From: Minisyncoccota bacterium
GTDB taxonomy: Bacteria; Patescibacteriota; Minisyncoccia; Phycocordibacterales; Zambryskibacteraceae
Reading direction: 5' to 3'
Assembly: GCA_036517475.1 (NCBI GenBank)
Contig: DATDVZ010000006.1
Coordinates: 8,226-72,225 of the forward strand
Length of the DNA stretch: 64,000 bases
The position numbers were made by a program, and so were the translations under genes. Under the pieces are notes generated by a model that did no database searches, had not been told where the DNA came from, and worked only from the letters and a program-made list of their open reading frames with translations. Positions 8,885 through 17,667 of the stretch are shown here, piece by piece (position 1 is the stretch's first letter; the number at the start of each line of letters is the position of its first letter).

Positions 8885-11395
8885 TTATTTATTGTTTTTT
8901 GTTTCTTGTTTGTTGTTAGTTATTTCTATTTTTTCTTCTGAAACAACAGTTATAACTTCTCCAGATTTGATCGGTTCGCTAACCTTACTGAAAGGAATAG
9001 CACCTTGAAGGGAACCGAGAACTGCAAAACCTTTTTTACCCATAGCTTCAGCTTTGTTTACTCTAACAGTTGACTGCTCGGCGGTGTGGCGCGGCTTCAT
9101 ATGAAGATAATAAGTGCTCTTAAGCCCCTTCTGCCATGCACTCTCATAGATTTTCATAGTTTCATCAATGTCGCGCGTTTCCAGATACATATTGCGCGAA
9201 ATCGCCTGATCCACCCATTTCTGCGCCCTTGCTGCCACTTCTATAAATGCGTGTGGAGATGTAGTAAATGATGTCTTATAAATATTTTTAACGTGATCGG
9301 GAATTCCGGCAATGTTTCCAATATCTCCCTGACGTTCAATAATTTCACCTTTAACAGCTTCCCAGATTCCCATATTCTTGAGATCCATCACCAGATTATG
9401 ATTGATATCAAGATATTTGCCGGAAATTTTATTGCGAGAAAAAACCTGAGAAAAACGGGGGTCCATCCCCGGCACGGTGCCGGCAACAAGACCAATGTTT
9501 GCGTTTGGTGCAACTGCCATAAGTGTTGCATTGCGCATTCCTTTTTTGACTTTTTCTCGCAGAAGTTCCCAATCAAGGCCTTTGTGATGAGAATTTTTAT
9601 CAACTGAAAGTTGCATACCGCGGTCTTCTTCCAAAGATTTTAGAGTATCAATCGGCACCATTCCCTTTGACCATCCGGAGCCTTCAAAATTCTGATATGA
9701 TCCTCGTTCAACTGCAAGTTTGGCGCTTTCATCTATTGCCATATAAGAAATGAATTCAAAAATCCTGTCGGTAAAGTTATAAGCATGATCACTGTCATAG
9801 GCAAGACCGAGTTTTTCAAAAATATCAGTAAGCCCCATTACACCTAAACCAACCGCTCTGTTTTCCTGATCGGATTTTCTTGCCTCCGGCAACGGCAGTT
9901 GATTAATATCAACTAAGTTGTCCAAAAATCTTACAACAACTCGTACAGTTTCCTCAAGTTTCTGCCAGTTAACTTCTTTATTAATTACATGTGCAGAGAG
10001 ATTTATTGAAGCCAGATTACAAACGGCAATATTTTCTCTATTATGTGGCAGGGTTATTTCCGTGCAAAGATTTGAAGAAGGAATTGTACCGGTGTTGTTG
10101 TTGAGTGCTCGAAGATTAATAGAGTCTTTCCAAACAAGCCATGGATGGGAAGTAGTCTGGAGAGCAATAAGCATTTTTCGATAAAGTTCTGTTGCGGGCA
10201 CCTTTTTAAAGGTTCTCATTTTACCTGCTTCCGCCATATCAACATATTCTCTGTACCTTCTTGAAAACCCCTTACCGTAAAGTTCTACCAAATCAGGAGT
10301 TTCTTTGGGATCAAACATATACCAATCCATACCCTTCTTTACCCTAAGCATAAACTCATCGCTAATATAAGCCGCAGTATTGGCTGTTCTCATTCTTATG
10401 TAATCATCGCCGGCATTATGTTTCCATTCCAGAAAATCCTGGAAATCCAGATGCCAGTTTTCCATATAAAAGCAGAGAGCTCCCTTTTTCTTGCCTCCGC
10501 GCTGGATTGCCCTTATTGCAGTATCAATAATTTTTGCAAATGAGACCGGACCGGTGGAGGCGCCTCTACCAGCAGAAACTAAAGGAGATCCAGAAGAGCG
10601 CAGTTTTGTAATTGATGCTCCGATTCCCCCCGATGCCTTAGAAAGCAGCATCGTGTCTGATACAGATTTGGCAATATGTTCCAGATCGTCCTGAATTTCC
10701 AAAAGAAAACAATTTGAGAGAGCGGGACGAGTCGTGCCGGCACCTAGATTACAGGATCCACCGGCAATGTACTCCATTTTTGACATCTTGTCATAAAAAA
10801 TTTTAGCTGATGCTGTTGGGTTCTTCTCATTGTAGGAGAGTCCCATGGCAATACGCATAAAAGTGTATTGCGGGACCTCAATTGGATTGTCTTTTTCATC
10901 CTTGAGCATGTAACGATCAACAAGAGATGAGATTCCGGCATAGAAAAATAATTCATCGCGCTCTGCCACCAAAGCAGACGAGATTTCATCTAAATTAAAT
11001 TTTTCTTTCATGCGAGGATCGATTTTTTTATTATCAATCCCATCCTGGATATATTTTGGAAAAATTTCTTTGTGTTTAAGCTGAAGATCATTTGGGTCGT
11101 CTTTATCATATTCTCCCAAAACCTTACGATAGACCGTCTTTAAAAGCAGTCTAACAGCCGCCCTATCATATTCAGGGTCATCTTTTACATTCTGAAGAGC
11201 GGCGCTTATCGTAGCTTTATCGAGCTCTTCTGTGGTTATGCCGCTATATAAAGTAAGATTTGTTTCCGTGGCAATCTGAGTAACCTTTGCAATCGGATCA
11301 GAGAGTCCTTTGCAGGCGCGTTCAATTGACTCATTTATTTTATTGGCATTAAAAGCTTCTTTACTGCCATCCCTTTTTGTTACGAAAAGTGCCAT
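8885..11395 (-). CDS. nrdA: Ribonucleotide reductase class I alpha subunit with ATP cone
   Basis: VTKRDG ATP-cone, SNCFL, SNLCTEI, VCNLAS, GLKSTYY. Confidence 0.95.
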   Translation of the reverse strand: MALFVTKRDGSKEAFNANKINESIERACKGLSDPIAKVTQIATETNLTLYSGITTEELDKATISAALQNVKDDPEYDRAAVRLLLKTVYRKVLGEYDKDDPNDLQLKHKEIFPKYIQDGIDNKKIDPRMKEKFNLDEISSALVAERDELFFYAGISSLVDRYMLKDEKDNPIEVPQYTFMRIAMGLSYNEKNPTASAKIFYDKMSKMEYIAGGSCNLGAGTTRPALSNCFLLEIQDDLEHIAKSVSDTMLLSKASGGIGASITKLRSSGSPLVSAGRGASTGPVSFAKIIDTAIRAIQRGGKKKGALCFYMENWHLDFQDFLEWKHNAGDDYIRMRTANTAAYISDEFMLRVKKGMDWYMFDPKETPDLVELYGKGFSRRYREYVDMAEAGKMRTFKKVPATELYRKMLIALQTTSHPWLVWKDSINLRALNNNTGTIPSSNLCTEITLPHNRENIAVCNLASINLSAHVINKEVNWQKLEETVRVVVRFLDNLVDINQLPLPEARKSDQENRAVGLGVMGLTDIFEKLGLAYDSDHAYNFTDRIFEFISYMAIDESAKLAVERGSYQNFEGSGWSKGMVPIDTLKSLEEDRGMQLSVDKNSHHKGLDWELLREKVKKGMRNATLMAVAPNANIGLVAGTVPGMDPRFSQVFSRNKISGKYLDINHNLVMDLKNMGIWEAVKGEIIERQGDIGNIAGIPDHVKNIYKTSFTTSPHAFIEVAARAQKWVDQAISRNMYLETRDIDETMKIYESAWQKGLKSTYYLHMKPRHTAEQSTVRVNKAEAMGKKGFAVLGSLQGAIPFSKVSEPIKSGEVITVVSEEKIEITNNKQETKNNK

Positions 11396-11581
11396 GATTT
11401 AAGTTAAAAGTTGAAAGTTAAAAATTGAAAGTTCATGCTTAAACAGGGAAGTTAATCACTGCTAATTTTACAGAAAATTTTGAATCAATTTTGTGTGGAT
11501 ATAGCCTCAGAGAATAAAAATGAGAGACTGTAAAGGACTCTTGTTAAACTGTGGCTAAAACAAAAAATTTCCTAAAGATTT

Positions 11582-12037
11582 TTAGATGAGTTTAAGTCTG
11601 TCGCCAATTTTCATTTCCAAGTTTTGCGCCGATCCGGATCTAATTTCCAAAACATAGCGTGATTTTCTTTGAGGATGTACCACCTCGGGAAAAGATTGCG
11701 GCAAAAAATTTGTTTTTAAATCAGTGATAACAAAATCCTGATCCAACCAGATTACATCAATAGGAAAATTCATATCTTTCATCCAGATACCGTGGTAATC
11801 ATCCTTTTCAAAAAAGAAAAGCAGACCCGCATCGGATTTAAGTTCTTTCTGAAACGATAATCCGGTAGTTTTTTCTACCTCCGTCAAGGCAAAAGCAAGT
11901 TTTATCTGGTATCCGTTTATCAAGGCTTCGTGAGAAAAATCCAGTTTATTGGCTGTATTTTGAGTTTTAGAGCTATAAAGGTAAAAAATTGCAACTGCAA
12001 TTAAAATAACCGCAATTAATAAGAAATTTTTTTTCAT
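11582..12037 (-). CDS. DUF192-family protein
   Basis: GLS...GLLF.F, WMKDMNFPIDVIW, YVLEI; N-terminal TM. Confidence 0.85.
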   Translation of the reverse strand: MKKNFLLIAVILIAVAIFYLYSSKTQNTANKLDFSHEALINGYQIKLAFALTEVEKTTGLSFQKELKSDAGLLFFFEKDDYHGIWMKDMNFPIDVIWLDQDFVITDLKTNFLPQSFPEVVHPQRKSRYVLEIRSGSAQNLEMKIGDRLKLI

Positions 12038-12061
12038 TTCTGTAAGTACATTATATAAATT

Positions 12062-12104
12062 TAAAACTAAAACACCTATCATTACTGATAGGTGTTTTAG
12101 TTTT
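12062..12104. terminator. Long hairpin terminator after RNA-binding protein gene
   Basis: AAAACTAAAACACCTATCA-loop-TGATAGGTGTTTTAGTTTT. Confidence 0.7.
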
Positions 12105-12118
12105 ATCTATTAACTACT

Positions 12119-12406
12119 TTACCAATTGCCCCCTCTGCTGCGATTGTTATCGCGTGGTTGCATTGGACGTGCTTCATTAACAGTGAGCTTGCGGCCCTGG
12201 AAATCCTTTCCATTCCACATCTCAATTGCTTTGGCTGCTGTATCATCATCTGCCACTTCAACAAAGCCGAAGCCTTTTGAACGGCCGCTCATGCGATCCA
12301 TAATAATAGTTGCCGAAACAACTTCGCCTGCTTGCGCAAATAAATCACGCAGCTCAGCGTCGGTTGTGGAATAAGGAATTCCGCCGACATATAACTTCTT
12401 TGCCAT
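12119..12406 (-). CDS. RRM (RNP-1) RNA-binding protein
   Basis: KLYVGG (RNP2) and RSKGFGFVE (RNP1). Confidence 0.93.
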   Translation of the reverse strand: MAKKLYVGGIPYSTTDAELRDLFAQAGEVVSATIIMDRMSGRSKGFGFVEVADDDTAAKAIEMWNGKDFQGRKLTVNEARPMQPRDNNRSRGGNW

Positions 12407-12552
12407 TATAAACAAATTTCCCGTCTTAAAAATTAAATGTTAGGCGACGGGTCAATCTTCCATCTTCACTGTTAGCTTCACGCAAACAAAAAAATCTGGG
12501 AGAAAACCTATACGTTTGCATTATACACCAATTTGTAAAATTAATCAAATAT

Positions 12553-13188
12553 TTATTGAGAATTCCTTAAAATAGTGAATGTTTTGGCCACTTTTTCAAT
12601 CAGATTTTTGTCTCCTTCCTCAACTGTTTTATCAAAAGGATTGCTTATCAATATAAAGCTCATGCGATTGGGAGTATTCAATGAATTGTTGAATGTATAA
12701 ATTGGTCCCCGTCTGATTGTGGAAGTTTTGCCCGTCAATTTATTCACTTCTTCCCCCTTCAGGTAGAAAACCTGCCCCGAAACTCCTGAGTCAGATTTGA
12801 AAGGAGAAATTTTTACTACATCATCAATTCTTAAACAGGTGCGGATGATTTCAGCAGTTTCTTTTCCGCAGGCAACACGCGACATATCCAAAACAAATTC
12901 TTCAAAACTCTGGATTTCAATTTCTTCGGAACTTTTTAATATTTGAATGTTAACTCTTGAATCAGATTTATTAAAAGATTTTTTGCTTAAAATAATCTGA
13001 TCTTCCAATAAATTAATTTCTAAATTTTCAGGATATGAAAAGGAAAAATTGTATTTTGGGTCTGTATAAGTTCTATCATCCAATTCAATACTGGGATTTG
13101 TTGGTGTTGAGGAGTTTTTCTGTTTAAGGAAGTAAACTGCGCCAATTACCACCACCAAAACCAATAAGAATATAAAGAATTTTTTCAT
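12553..13188 (-). CDS. Membrane-anchored hypothetical protein (PsbP-like N-terminal motif)
   Basis: N-terminal TM followed by TY.DPKYNFSFSYP. Confidence 0.65.
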   Translation of the reverse strand: MKKFFIFLLVLVVVIGAVYFLKQKNSSTPTNPSIELDDRTYTDPKYNFSFSYPENLEINLLEDQIILSKKSFNKSDSRVNIQILKSSEEIEIQSFEEFVLDMSRVACGKETAEIIRTCLRIDDVVKISPFKSDSGVSGQVFYLKGEEVNKLTGKTSTIRRGPIYTFNNSLNTPNRMSFILISNPFDKTVEEGDKNLIEKVAKTFTILRNSQ

Positions 13189-13289
13189 GTCATTAGAAAG
13201 TTGTCATAATAAGTAATAATCTTCTCCCCAGCATCAATTTTGCACTATCTAACACAACATCACATGTGCAACCGAATAAGTTCCTCCAA

Positions 13290-13430
13290 TATGAGGCGAA
13301 GCGCTCCCCATAAGAAAATTCTTCGAATTTCTTACGGGGCAAGGCGCGACCCGGTACATATGTGGGTACTTGCCCGTTCGATGCGAAGCATCGTTTCGGG
13401 TTCGCCACTCGCGCTTCGCTTATGGCTAGT
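13290..13430. repeat. Hairpin-rich intergenic element containing TGCCCGTTC-hairpin-TTTCGGGT repeat
   Basis: Motif at 13370-13402 shared with 19963-19998 and 20058-20094. Confidence 0.6.
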
Positions 13431-13473
13431 CTGCAAAATTGATGCGGGATTAAGTAAATCATATTCTCTTCGC

Positions 13474-13899
13474 TCATTGATTTTCTAAAAATTCTAAACA
13501 AACTGAATTAATACAATAATGCTTGCCTGTACTTGAATGCTCATCATCAAATATATGTCCCAGATGAGAGCCGCAGTTCGCGCATGATACTTCAGTGCGG
13601 CGCATTCCGAAACTATTATCTTCCTTAAATTTTACAGCTCCCGGAATTGCATCTGCAAATGACGGCCAGCCTTGTAGCCCCGCTGGCCCTTTTGAAGAAT
13701 CAAGTTTAACATCCGATGAAAAAAGTTCTCTGCCACATACAGCGCATTTATACATTCCCTTCTCATTTTCAAAAACATATTTTCCAGAATACGGCGGCTC
13801 TGTCCCACCAAGACGGGCAACACTATACGCGTCTTCTGAAAGTTTTTCCTTGAACTCATCGTCATTTTTAGGAATTTTTTGTTTTTGGTTATTGTTCAT
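13474..13899 (-). CDS. msrB: Peptide-methionine (R)-S-oxide reductase
   Basis: GTEPPYSG, CxxC, GWPSF, RTEV.C..C.SHLGHIF, YCINS. Confidence 0.95.
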   Translation of the reverse strand: MNNNQKQKIPKNDDEFKEKLSEDAYSVARLGGTEPPYSGKYVFENEKGMYKCAVCGRELFSSDVKLDSSKGPAGLQGWPSFADAIPGAVKFKEDNSFGMRRTEVSCANCGSHLGHIFDDEHSSTGKHYCINSVCLEFLENQ

Positions 13900-13986
13900 T
13901 GTGTATTGTGTATTGTTTCTTATTTCATTATACCAAAACTGTCAAATGAAATTAAAAAATCGCCCTAAAAAAGGACGATCACATAC

Positions 13987-14697
13987 TTACACATCTCTTC
14001 TCATTAAGAATTCCGCACCTTTACCTACTCCCGTATTGATTGGAATACCTTGTGAGCATGGACCATTACGAGCGCATTCCTCCTCTTCCCATATCGGAGC
14101 AGGAAAATTAAGCAATGGAACGAGTTTTGGAACAGACAGATCATTTTCTGTTGCGTGCCCATTAGTCATAATTGTTCCAACTCCGATAACTTCTCCACCT
14201 ATTGATCGCGTTCTCTCAATAACTTTCCTAATCGTGTTTCCGGTGGTAATAATATTGTCTACAATAAGCACTCTTTTGCCGGCAACATGTCTTTCCAATT
14301 CTCTCGGGATTCGTAAATCTTCTGGAACTTTTATCCAATCCTTTAATTTTCTCTCAAGATCCTCAACATTCATTGGCCTGAATTTTTCTGCAAAAACTGC
14401 CAGCACATCCTGCGCGTTGTAATTTTCCAAGTGATAAGCAATCCACTGCGCAATTACTATACCTCCAAGAGCAGGACCCAATACAACTTCTACTCCATCG
14501 TCTCGGAAGTATTTAGCAAGTTCACCGCAGAAATTTGAGGTATGAATTGTGTTTGCATAAAGAGCATGTTTGTCAAAATAGTGAGTACTATGCTGTCCAG
14601 TAGTGTAAACAAAATGTCCTCCAATTTTGATTGCACCAAGGCCCCCCAAAATCCCAAAAGCCGCCTCATTACTTAACGCTCGAAGAACTTTCATCAT
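13987..14697 (-). CDS. pyrE: Orotate phosphoribosyltransferase (divergent)
   Basis: GHFVYTTG.HS..YFDK, GPALGG, VLIVDNIITTG; adjacent to pyrF. Confidence 0.8.
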   Translation of the reverse strand: MMKVLRALSNEAAFGILGGLGAIKIGGHFVYTTGQHSTHYFDKHALYANTIHTSNFCGELAKYFRDDGVEVVLGPALGGIVIAQWIAYHLENYNAQDVLAVFAEKFRPMNVEDLERKLKDWIKVPEDLRIPRELERHVAGKRVLIVDNIITTGNTIRKVIERTRSIGGEVIGVGTIMTNGHATENDLSVPKLVPLLNFPAPIWEEEECARNGPCSQGIPINTGVGKGAEFLMRRDV

Positions 14698-14808
14698 TTC
14701 TGCTCCAGGTGCAAGTATTGTTCCAAAATCAGATTACCTTTAAATAAAAATAAATCAATGTTTATTCTTAAATAAAAAACCACAAAGTTATTGTGGTCGT
14801 TAGAAACA

Positions 14809-14988
14809 TTAGCCATCGGAATTCTGGATTCTTAAGAATTCCTTTTCAGCAAGCTGTAGTGCCATTGCAAGTTGAGAAGCTGTTATACCAGCTTTTCTTT
14901 CAAGGTGCGTTTGAAATCCTCGTAGTTCTCCAGCCGCCTGCGGCCAGAGCTGGAGAATTTCCTCTCTTGTCCAAATTTTCTGGGCCAT
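14809..14988 (-). CDS. Small hypothetical protein, 59 aa (not in track)
   Basis: MAQKIWTREEILQLWPQ...; SD AGGAG overlapping the pyrF stop; followed by CCACAA/TTGTGG hairpin + T-run. Confidence 0.55.
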   Translation of the reverse strand: MAQKIWTREEILQLWPQAAGELRGFQTHLERKAGITASQLAMALQLAEKEFLRIQNSDG

Positions 14989-14997
14989 TCTGTTCTC

Positions 14998-15903
14998 CTA
15001 TCGGTATTGGTTGATTGCGTCGTGAAGTTTTTGGGTCTCGCGGCGAGCTGCTTCAGCGAAATCTTCTCCACTTGATGCGAAAATGATTCCACGAGAGGAG
15101 TTAATTATCATCCCCTGCCCGCGGCTGTTTTTTCCAGCTCTTACGGTTGCCTCAAGATCACCACCCTGAGCGCCAATGCCAGGAATGAGAATCGGCATGT
15201 CGCCAACGATCTGACGAACATCCTGGAGCTCATATGGATAAGTCGCGCCTACTACAAGAGCACAATTATTATTCTTATTCCAGCTGCGAGAAACTTGATA
15301 TGCAATATGAGTATACAGTGGCGCCTGACCCTCAGATGAAGAGACCCAACCGCTAACTATTCCTCCATGATCCAAAGTGTCTGCTTCTTCACCATGAACA
15401 CTAATGAGTAAATCTTGAAGCTCCCCCGCACCCGGATTTGAAGTTCGGCAAAGAACAATAATGCCTTTGTCGGCGCGATCAAGAAATGGCTGGAGTGCTT
15501 CTTGTCCCAGATACGGATGAACAGTGATTGCATCCACCCCTAAATAATCAAATGCCATTTGTACATAACCGGCATTGGTATTACCAATGTCAGCACGCTT
15601 GGCATCGAGAATCACTGGAACGTATGGCGCTTTGCTGTGAATGTCTACTATGGTTCCCCGTAGAGCCTCTATACCTTCTACGCCATGCGCCTCGTAGAAT
15701 GCAATGTTTATCTTGTAGGCACAGACTAAATCTTTCGTTTGAGATACAATGCTAGCATTGAAACCATAAATTGTAGTCCTCACATCGTCATTCATTCGAA
15801 CTGATTTTGGGATCTTACCAAGCTCACTATCAAGTCCCACGCAGACAAATTTTCCTTCATCCCACCTAGCTTGAAGAAGCTCTCGGAAATCGCGTTGAGA
15901 CAT
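14998..15903 (-). CDS. pyrF: Orotidine-5'-phosphate decarboxylase
   Basis: VCVGLD, AYKIN.AFYE, DAKRADIGNT, LVVGATYP, PGIGAQGG, NSSRGI; SD AGGAGG. Confidence 0.95.
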   Translation of the reverse strand: MSQRDFRELLQARWDEGKFVCVGLDSELGKIPKSVRMNDDVRTTIYGFNASIVSQTKDLVCAYKINIAFYEAHGVEGIEALRGTIVDIHSKAPYVPVILDAKRADIGNTNAGYVQMAFDYLGVDAITVHPYLGQEALQPFLDRADKGIIVLCRTSNPGAGELQDLLISVHGEEADTLDHGGIVSGWVSSSEGQAPLYTHIAYQVSRSWNKNNNCALVVGATYPYELQDVRQIVGDMPILIPGIGAQGGDLEATVRAGKNSRGQGMIINSSRGIIFASSGEDFAEAARRETQKLHDAINQYR

Positions 15904-16006
15904 ATTTCCTCCTGTTAAAGGTCAATTCCAAACTTAGACTACTCGTATAAAACAAAAAGTCAAAAGGAAACCTTTTGACTTTTTTGCGGTTCTGCTATGG
16001 AACTAA

Positions 16007-16177
16007 TTAACAGGTACAGTGAACTTCTGCCTGACTACAACTTGCACACTTTGGCATGCAGTGTCTGTGAGAAGCAGGATCTCCATGAACATGACTTTCA
16101 TCATGATTTTCAGATTCAGCTCCGCAAATTGCACATTTATATCCTTTTGCTTCACCCTGACATTTGGCGCATTTCAT
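16007..16177 (-). CDS. 56-aa Cys/His-rich metal-binding (metallothionein-like) protein (not in track)
   Basis: MKCAKCQGEAKGYKCAICGAESENHDESHVHGDPASHRHCMPKCASCSQAEVHCTC; 9 Cys, 6 His. Confidence 0.7.
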   Translation of the reverse strand: MKCAKCQGEAKGYKCAICGAESENHDESHVHGDPASHRHCMPKCASCSQAEVHCTC

Positions 16178-16301
16178 CCCGTTAGAAGCAGGTCGCGGTC
16201 AACGAACTCTGCTTAATAATTTTTTTTGTAATTTTTCGACTTATTTTAAAATTGATTATTATATTTCCCATTTAAACCGTGACCGCGGCTTCTAACGGGA
16301 T
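16176..16301 (-). repeat. Start-codon-abutting inverted-repeat element, copy 1
   Basis: Arms ATCCCGTTAGAAGCCGCGGTC...GACCGCGACCTGCTTCTAACGGGAT(G); ends in the ATG of the 56-aa gene. Confidence 0.9.
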
Positions 16302-16368
16302 TCATAATTTAAAATTATATATTTATAAGACAGACCTCATTATACAAAAATTTTAAATTAGGGACAAA

Positions 16369-16500
16369 TCAGAGTTTGCGATGTTTGAAATATTCAATCT
16401 GACGCAATCTGTTTTGAGCTTCTGCTTTTGTTCTATAAGATCCCATATTGCGACCTTTTTCATAAACTACTTTATAACCACCCTTAATTTTTTTAATCAT
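16369..16500 (-). CDS. Small basic protein, 43 aa (not in track)
   Basis: MIKKIKGGYKVVYEKGRNMGSYRTKAEAQNRLRQIEYFKHRKL; resembles a recurrent small conserved family. Confidence 0.7.
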   Translation of the reverse strand: MIKKIKGGYKVVYEKGRNMGSYRTKAEAQNRLRQIEYFKHRKL

Positions 16501-16632
16501 TAGTTTTTAAAATAAACGAAAGATATGAACTATCAGTGAACTCTGTTCTACCATTCGGTCGAGGGTTCCATAAAATTTATTAAAAAATTCTATAAGCGCT
16601 ATTTTGTTTTTTTGTATTAAAATGGGCAAGCT

Positions 16633-17286
16633 TTATGCTTGCCCCCTCCAATCAGTTCTTTTCCAGCCGTGACGCACCAGAACTGCTGGTTTTTTAGGAA
16701 GCTTGCCTTGTTTTGCAAGTTTCTTTTTTTGTCTATCGCGTCTACGCCGGACATCTCTTACCCAAAGCAGTGCCTGAGCCGAGAGCCCGTAATCCCAGCC
16801 ATATCTTTGAATTCTTTTGTTTTCATGAAATTGTCTACGCAGACATGCCCAATATCGTGACTTGATTGCCGGACCTCTTACAATACTCATGAACTGCCTG
16901 CATTCTGGGCAAAGCGGCCTGCTTAACACCCGAAGTTGGGCAACTCTAGCATTCAAAAGGAGATTCCATAGAAAATTTTTAGTTCTCCGAATTTCATGGC
17001 TGAAATAGAGAGGCGCTCCTGTCTCCTTGATCAGAACCCAGCCAGAATCACTCTCCCGAGCCTCTTGCATTTCTTTAAGCCATGTTGTCCAAGCAACAAT
17101 ATCAAGTCCATTTGCGCTAAATATGAATCCCACTTCTCTGCCTCTGCGCGGATGGGGGGCCACAGCTGCAAATCTCACGATGTCTTTCCTTACTTCACTG
17201 CTTTCAAGCGGCCGGAAACCCATTTGCCTGAATTTTTTTTCAAGCCAGCTGAATCCGGCAGCATCAGGCAAAACTTGTCTAGGCAA
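16633..17286 (-). CDS. Hypothetical basic protein with CxxC motif
   Basis: 217-aa ORF, CPEC...WAC, Arg/Lys-rich C-terminus. Confidence 0.65.
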   Translation of the reverse strand: MPRQVLPDAAGFSWLEKKFRQMGFRPLESSEVRKDIVRFAAVAPHPRRGREVGFIFSANGLDIVAWTTWLKEMQEARESDSGWVLIKETGAPLYFSHEIRRTKNFLWNLLLNARVAQLRVLSRPLCPECRQFMSIVRGPAIKSRYWACLRRQFHENKRIQRYGWDYGLSAQALLWVRDVRRRRDRQKKKLAKQGKLPKKPAVLVRHGWKRTDWRGQA

Positions 17287-17354
17287 CTTAGAGCTCCTAA
17301 GGAACTTTCTACTTATTTTATAGATTATTTAAAGCAATAAATCAATCCTCAAAA

Positions 17355-17609
17355 CTATTTTTTTTCACGTAAGATAATTCTAGAAATTACAATTACAATA
17401 AGGGTAAGAACTATAGCGTATATGAATTTTGCAGTTATACCTTTACCCTCTGCCGGATAAATATAATCAATGAAAGCCTTAATTGCATCATTCCATGAAA
17501 GAGCAACAATGAGTCCTATGCCTGTCATAATATATCCGCGGACTTGTGATTGGAGTTCGCCTCTCATTTCTTTTTCTTTTTCAATTGCTTTATCAAAAAT
17601 TGGTGGCAT
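17355..17609 (-). CDS. DUF5654-like small membrane protein
   Basis: GLIVALSWNDAI...AKFIYAIVLT. Confidence 0.75.
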   Translation of the reverse strand: MPPIFDKAIEKEKEMRGELQSQVRGYIMTGIGLIVALSWNDAIKAFIDYIYPAEGKGITAKFIYAIVLTLIVIVISRIILREKK

Positions 17610-17667
17610 GTAAACAATTCTAAAATTAAAATCCAAAAAAGTAAAAAGCTCCAGCAATGCCGGAGCT

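Noticed and set aside
13193-13501. 102-aa ORF between msrB and the membrane protein
   Set aside because: Runs through hairpin repeats, overlaps msrB and has non-genomic composition
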